A DNA stretch of 64,000 bases from Nitrososphaerota archaeon (GTDB lineage: Archaea > Thermoproteota > Nitrososphaeria_A > Caldarchaeales > Calditenuaceae): NCBI GenBank assembly GCA_041641295.1, contig JBEPYO010000001.1:704001-768000 (forward strand), in the 5' to 3' direction. The notes beneath the pieces were generated by a model. The model saw only the letters and a list, made by a program, of their open reading frames with translations. It was not told where the DNA came from and did not search any database. Each line of letters starts with the position of its first letter. Position 1 is the first letter of the stretch. Shown piece by piece: positions 58,848-64,000 of this stretch. A program made the translations under genes and the position numbers.

Positions 58848-59750
58848 TCAAAACTTCACAGCTCCCGCTAATTTAGGAATATTAATGAATTTTAGGATCA
58901 ATAAGATGACAACTATCATAGGGAGCATCGTTAACGTTAATATTGCGTACATCATTGCCCAATACACGTCAGTAGCTGTTGCCATAGAAGCTATAAATAC
59001 AGGAACTGTTTGAACATCAATGCGACCGAGTAAGAAGTGGGCGAACAAAAATTCGTTGTATGAAGTCAGGAAGGCAAATAGAGCTATAGCCAGTAATCCC
59101 GTACTTGCAACTGGCATAGTGATGTATCTTACTGTTTGCCATAATGTTGCACCATCAACTCTAGAAGCCTCTTCAATCTCCACCGGAATCGTTCGGTAAT
59201 AGAGAACTAGGTACCAAATAGAAAAGGGGAGTGTTAAAACTATATGGATCAATATTATAGACCCCAAGTTGTTGACGAGACCCAGCGTCTGCATTAAAAT
59301 ATAATATGGTACAGCAAGAACTACCGGTGGAAGTAGCCTACTTATGAGTATGAATGTAAAGAGTCCGACTCTACCCCTAAAGTTTATTCGGGTGAAAGCG
59401 AAAGCTGCCAGCGAAGCCAAGAAAAAGTTAGTTACTGCAACTGCACCTGCAACAATTACACTATTGAGTAGAATCTTACCGAAATAAGCGATATTAAGTA
59501 TTACAAGGGAACGTATTTCGTATCTTATATAGGGATCCTGTGAAGGAAATTCAAATCCAAATGGAGCTAAGAAAACATATTGATAATATACGGTGGTTGG
59601 CCCTCGAGCAAACCACAATCTACTTCCGGGCGGTGAACGTAATTCAGTCTCGGGCATAATGCTCCCGATTACGCTAAAAGCCACTGGAACAAATAGGAAT
59701 AGTAGGAAGATTATAATTATCAAGTAACTGACCAAATGTTTGGCTCTCAA
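58848..59750 (-). CDS. Carbohydrate ABC permease (MalG-like)
   Basis: IEEASRVDGAT, SYNEF. Confidence 0.9.
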   Translation of the reverse strand: MRAKHLVSYLIIIIFLLFLFVPVAFSVIGSIMPETELRSPPGSRLWFARGPTTVYYQYVFLAPFGFEFPSQDPYIRYEIRSLVILNIAYFGKILLNSVIVAGAVAVTNFFLASLAAFAFTRINFRGRVGLFTFILISRLLPPVVLAVPYYILMQTLGLVNNLGSIILIHIVLTLPFSIWYLVLYYRTIPVEIEEASRVDGATLWQTVRYITMPVASTGLLAIALFAFLTSYNEFLFAHFLLGRIDVQTVPVFIASMATATDVYWAMMYAILTLTMLPMIVVILLILKFINIPKLAGAVKF

Positions 59751-59752
59751 CT

Positions 59753-60664
59753 TTATTCACCCGCAAAGGAGTATCGGTATAGCTTTTCTGGAGGGACCAC
59801 TCTCAAAATAATCAGTATGACCAACAATGTCATTATTGCCAATATAACCGCCAAGGCAGCTCCATGTCCAAAATTCCCCCATTGAAACATCTCTGCGAAA
59901 GCATAATAAGATATTAACCCATACGTTCCTCCTGCGAATGTGTACACCATATCGTAGGTGGTTAAAGCGAGGATGGCTTGAAATGCTGCAACCACCGCTA
60001 TAGCAGACTTTAAGTAAGGCAGTGTAACATGTCTTAATCTTGCAAAACCTGTCGCACCATCAAGTTCGGATGAGTCTATTATATCCTTAGGTACTAGTTG
60101 CAACACAGCTAGCATTAAAAGAATGCAAAATGGTAATTGTTGCCACATCTGTGCTATGACTGCAAATAAGATCTGAACACTTCTAGGAGCCGATAGGAAA
60201 TAAAATGGCTCTTTCCATAAACCTAAGTCGACTAAAACCTTATTCACCCAACCAAAGCTTTGAAACATAAAACGCCAAATTAATCCTGCGGCTGCTGGAG
60301 GTATCGCCCAAGGTATTAGCATGACAACTCTAACAATACTCATGCCCTTCAAATTCTGATTTAAAACGAGTGCTAATGCAAGAGCCGTTCCAACTATAAC
60401 CAAGACGGAGACGACCGTAAATAATAAAGTGTTAATTAAGGCTTCAGTAAAGTAGGTTGAATTTACTACCTCCTCATAATTTTTCAGCCCTATGAAGAGT
60501 CCAATTGTATGCGGCTCATACACGACGTATTTTGATAAGCTAGTATATATTGCGTAGAAAAAAGGATATAATGTGAAGAACCCCACTAGAATAAGTGTTG
60601 GTAATATGAAGTTATAAGGTGAAGGTTCTTTTGTACTAGCCTTTATTTTGGTGTGCACAGTCAT
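59753..60664 (-). CDS. Carbohydrate ABC permease (MalF-like)
   Basis: PWAIP, SELDGA, GHGAALA. Confidence 0.9.
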   Translation of the reverse strand: MTVHTKIKASTKEPSPYNFILPTLILVGFFTLYPFFYAIYTSLSKYVVYEPHTIGLFIGLKNYEEVVNSTYFTEALINTLLFTVVSVLVIVGTALALALVLNQNLKGMSIVRVVMLIPWAIPPAAAGLIWRFMFQSFGWVNKVLVDLGLWKEPFYFLSAPRSVQILFAVIAQMWQQLPFCILLMLAVLQLVPKDIIDSSELDGATGFARLRHVTLPYLKSAIAVVAAFQAILALTTYDMVYTFAGGTYGLISYYAFAEMFQWGNFGHGAALAVILAIMTLLVILIILRVVPPEKLYRYSFAGE

Positions 60665-60712
60665 TCACACCACCAACACCTAATGTCATAAAAATAATAA
60701 ATAGATGCTGTC

Positions 60713-62089
60713 TTATCCTCTAAGTTCTTTTGCACGTCTAGCCATCCTATCAACGGCCTCTTTAACACTTATTTCTTTGGAGAATGCCTTTGCAATGGCC
60801 TCTTTTATGCTGTAATCGACCCACTGCCCGAACCATACGGGGTGTGGAATCGTTTTAGCGATGGTTGCCTGTTCTTTAATAGATTTGTCCGCACCTGGAC
60901 CGTAATAGTCCACTAGCGACTTTGCAATGTCTGGGTCACTATATGGTGAGAGGAAGCCAAATCCAAGTCCTTTTTCGACAGCCCATCTTTTGAGTACAGG
61001 ACTGTCGTTTGCTCCGAAGTATTCTATGAATGTTATTGCAGCTTGGATAGCGGCATCTCCTCTTTCTACACACATGCGTGTCATATTGTACATCTTTGCA
61101 AAGCCATAGGCTTCATGTGTTTTTCCAGGCATTAATGCCAATCTAAAGTTTCCAGCATTAGGCGATGACCCCGGTGCATTCATGGCCGCCAACATATATT
61201 TGGCTAGCACTGTGAATACTCCTTCTCCCGCCCCCATTTTCTTTGCCGCATCGGTCTCATGCGTTGCCAAATAGTCAGGATTGATTATCTTGTACTTATG
61301 TATACCATCTACTATCCATTGTAGATGCTCGTAGAATGGATGGTCCTCCGAAGCAAATATTGGGTTCAGATCTTCATCAAAGAGTCTTGCTCCACGTCCC
61401 ATCGCACCTGAAAATACGGCATAGAAGTCGAATGGGTTGGTTGCTTGATACTGAAGTATGTATGGATATCTGATTCCTTTCTCCTTGAGTTTTAAGGAAG
61501 CATCAAGAACGTCTTCCCATGTATCGGGAACTTCGAGTCCATAATCTTTTAATATCTTGTCGTTATACATGAAAGTAAACATATCTGAATAGTATGGTAA
61601 TCCATAGATTTTCCCCTTATAGGTCATAGACTCCTTCGCAAATGGTACCATATCATTTACATATTCGCTGAACTTTTTCTTTGTCACATATTTGTCCCAG
61701 TAGTCTTGTAACGGCACAACCCAGCCTGCTTCGGCCCATTGAGCCAGCCAATCTTCACCATTATAACACACATCAGTCGGTGTCTTGGTAGTAAATCGTT
61801 GAATCATGGTTGAAGGATAGTCAGGCCAGTTAAAGTCATATAACGTTACTTCGATGTTTGGGTACTGTTGCATGAATTTTTGGATATTGTCACGAATAGT
61901 CTCAACCGAGTAATTCCAAACGGTAAACTCGAGTTTTACCTTTTGAGGGGCGGCGGATTGCTGATAAAATGCATAAGTGGCCGCACCACCGACAATAGCT
62001 GCACCAACTACACCAATTGCGATTTTTGCCCCAGTGCTTAATGCTTCACGCCTAGTATATCGCTCATTCGACAATACCTTACACCTCAC
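60713..62089 (-). CDS. Sugar ABC substrate-binding protein with twin-arginine signal
   Basis: TRREAL followed by a hydrophobic segment; YKGKIYGLPY...YN...PDTWED. Confidence 0.88.
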   Translation of the reverse strand: MRCKVLSNERYTRREALSTGAKIAIGVVGAAIVGGAATYAFYQQSAAPQKVKLEFTVWNYSVETIRDNIQKFMQQYPNIEVTLYDFNWPDYPSTMIQRFTTKTPTDVCYNGEDWLAQWAEAGWVVPLQDYWDKYVTKKKFSEYVNDMVPFAKESMTYKGKIYGLPYYSDMFTFMYNDKILKDYGLEVPDTWEDVLDASLKLKEKGIRYPYILQYQATNPFDFYAVFSGAMGRGARLFDEDLNPIFASEDHPFYEHLQWIVDGIHKYKIINPDYLATHETDAAKKMGAGEGVFTVLAKYMLAAMNAPGSSPNAGNFRLALMPGKTHEAYGFAKMYNMTRMCVERGDAAIQAAITFIEYFGANDSPVLKRWAVEKGLGFGFLSPYSDPDIAKSLVDYYGPGADKSIKEQATIAKTIPHPVWFGQWVDYSIKEAIAKAFSKEISVKEAVDRMARRAKELRG

Positions 62090-62369
62090 ATGGATTGCAA
62101 GTACTCACCTATATAAGTTTTTATATATATACATAAATTCACAGCCAGAACACTTCATGTTTAGATTCAGAACGTTTTCCGGAGAATCTAGGACCTGAGC
62201 GCTACGCTTCTTCCGGCATGTCAGCACACGACATCGTACACCAACCTTCTCTCTCAAGGCCAGGGTTCAGTTCGGGATGAGCTAGTGCGCTGGGACTGCG
62301 TTTTTTACCAATAGCCACGGGAGTTGGGAGGAACGTCTATAAGAAGCGTCTAGTGTCTGTTTTGGTTGG

Positions 62370-62442
62370 GCCCCGGTAGCTCAGCTGGGAGAGCGCCCGG
62401 CTGAAGACCGGGAAGTCGTGGGTTCGAGTCCCACCCGGGGCA
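62370..62442 (+). tRNA. tRNA-Phe(GAA)
   Basis: GCCCCGG/CCGGGGC acceptor stem, CCCGG-CTGAAGA-CCGGG anticodon arm, GGTTCGAGTCC T-arm. Confidence 0.97.
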
Positions 62443-62504
62443 GATTGTGGCGTGGTAATCTAGATATTGCTGAGGGGAGGGTTTGTGTCTTGGGGGTTGT
62501 GGGT

Positions 62505-63476
62505 TTGAAGTATCTTGAGTTGGGTCGGAGTGGCTTGAGGGTTTCTAAGATTGGGTTGGGGACGTGGCAGATTGGGTCGTCTGAGTGGGGGTGGAATAGG
62601 GGTTACGGCGTTGATGATGTGGTGCGGGCTATTGCTAGGGCCCATGAGCTGGGGATCAACTTCATCGATACCGCCGAGATTTATGGTGGTGGAGTGTCGG
62701 AGGAGGTTGTGGGCAGGGCGATACGCGAGTTTAGGGACGAGGTTGTCATAGCTACGAAGGTTTGGCCCACACACGCAACGTATGATGGTGTCTTGAAGGC
62801 CTGTGAGAGAAGCCTAAGACGGCTGGGAGTCGATGTCATAGATCTCTACCAGATCCACTGGCCGAACCCGCTGGTCCCCCTCTCATCCACCATGAGAGCC
62901 ATGGAGAGGCTCGTCGAGCTGGGCAAAGTTAGAGCGATCGGCGTGAGCAACTTCTCTCTGGGAAGGCTGAAGAAGGCTCAAGAGTGTCTCAGGAGGGAGG
63001 AGATAGCCTCGAACCAGGTCAAGTATAATCTCGTGGAGAGAGGTGTTGAGAAGGGTTTGCTACAATACTGTGAGAGGGAGGGGATCGCATTGATAGCCTA
63101 TAGCCCGCTGGCCCAGGGATTTCTGACCGCGCGATACAGCGCCTCGAACAGGCCGAGAGACCTTGTCCGCAGGCTCAACCCCCTCTTCGACCCAGCCGTG
63201 CTCAGGAGGGCGGAGCCATTAATGACGCTTCTGAGAGAAGTGGCCGCGAGACATGGTGCAGAGCCAGGCCAAGTTGCTCTGGCATGGCTTATCAGGTGGA
63301 GCCGCGTAGTCGCCATACCTGGGGCCAAGAGGCCGGAGCAAGTCGAGTCAAACGCGCGTGCAGCCGATTTAGAACTCAGCGATGAGGAGTGGGGGATGCT
63401 CTCTGAGGCAGCTTCTAAGGTATCGATTGGGATCTGGCCGCGTCTGAAGACCCCTCTGAGGCTACTGGGGATATAA
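62505..63476 (+). CDS. Aldo/keto reductase
   Basis: GLGTW, IDTAEIYG, ATKVW, DLYQIHWP, GVSNF, AYSPL; start moved to TTG 62505 because the longer ORF overlaps the tRNA. Confidence 0.92.
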   Translation: MKYLELGRSGLRVSKIGLGTWQIGSSEWGWNRGYGVDDVVRAIARAHELGINFIDTAEIYGGGVSEEVVGRAIREFRDEVVIATKVWPTHATYDGVLKACERSLRRLGVDVIDLYQIHWPNPLVPLSSTMRAMERLVELGKVRAIGVSNFSLGRLKKAQECLRREEIASNQVKYNLVERGVEKGLLQYCEREGIALIAYSPLAQGFLTARYSASNRPRDLVRRLNPLFDPAVLRRAEPLMTLLREVAARHGAEPGQVALAWLIRWSRVVAIPGAKRPEQVESNARAADLELSDEEWGMLSEAASKVSIGIWPRLKTPLRLLGI

Positions 63477-63531
63477 ACTCTAAGAAGACTTGGAGGCGAA
63501 GAGGTAAAGTGTAGGTATCTGCCGCAATGGT

Positions 63532-64000
63532 ATGGAAATGTCCGTGGAGGCCAGCAACATCCACATCAGTCCCCGTTCTACCCTTATTGTGAAGGGGCCT
63601 GCCTCAGCCAGGGTCTTAGAGGGTTCGGTCGAGGTTTACGGATACAGCCCTGGGCCGAAGGAGAGGGTGGTTGTTAAGCCGTGGAGGTCTCTGCCGCTAT
63701 ATTCTGAGGCAGGTGCTGTCGTGGAGGTTCTGTTAGGAGAGGGGGGAGCGGCCGAGGTCGTGGAAGGGTGTACGATACCCCAGGAGTGGGTGGAGGTTGC
63801 CTCGAGGATAGGCGGCAGGTTCAGGGTCATGGTCATCGGTGGAGTTGATGTGGGAAAGACCTCGCTGCTGACGTATCTCTATAACAGGCTTGTCTCTGGA
63901 GGAGGGATTGCTGTGGCTGACCTTGATGTGGGCCAGTCGGAGATCTGCCCTCCAACAACCATGGGCATAGCGACAGGCATCAAGCCGACCACCAGCCTCT
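63532..64000 (+). CDS. Clp1/Nol9-like polynucleotide 5'-OH kinase, 5' part (truncated)
   Basis: Manual translation gives VKGPAS..., VIGGVDVGKTS, DLDVGQSEICPPTT. Confidence 0.85.
   Translation, partial: MEMSVEASNIHISPRSTLIVKGPASARVLEGSVEVYGYSPGPKERVVVKPWRSLPLYSEAGAVVEVLLGEGGAAEVVEGCTIPQEWVEVASRIGGRFRVMVIGGVDVGKTSLLTYLYNRLVSGGGIAVADLDVGQSEICPPTTMGIATGIKPTTSL

Noticed and set aside
52792-62442. Integrated element bounded by tRNA-Leu and tRNA-Phe
   Set aside because: No integrase and no duplicated tRNA 3' end seen; the middle genes have host-like composition
1-64000. CRISPR arrays, transposases, and the many antisense ORFs of 60-170 aa in the track
   Set aside because: No regularly spaced repeats or transposase motifs seen; the antisense ORFs are shadows of well-supported genes

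Overview
Gene-dense archaeal chromosomal window. Archaeal markers are PCNA, a PIN-ATPase (PINA-like), a Clp1-like kinase, archaeal-type tRNAs without encoded CCA, TATA boxes about 25 nt before apparently leaderless GTG/TTG starts, and a C/D-box sRNA. The gene content suggests a thermophilic Aigarchaeota/Nitrososphaerota-like organism (inference). Contents: housekeeping genes (pyrBIC, thi4, pcn, glnA, tRNA-Leu, tRNA-Phe); an orphan CoxL-like molybdoenzyme subunit; an AT-richer amino-acid/amine uptake and catabolism block; an 18-kb divergon with korDABC-hdrA/mvhD-hdrD-etfAB on one side and regulator, acetoacetate-CoA ligase, acyl-CoA dehydrogenase, two Cys-less thiolase-fold proteins and two DUF35 proteins on the other; a GH78 rhamnosidase; a dsrE-tusA-sqr-arsR sulfur cluster; and AT-richer inserts beside both tRNAs. 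The most novel-looking signals are an unannotated ~185-nt four-way-junction ncRNA with its own TATA box (13503-13687, minus), the Kor-Hdr-Etf/aldolase-like divergon, a 43-codon uORF before glnA, and a C/D sRNA-tRNA-Leu dicistron. No CRISPR array, transposase or integrase was seen. All assignments come from motif recognition by eye; no searches were run.
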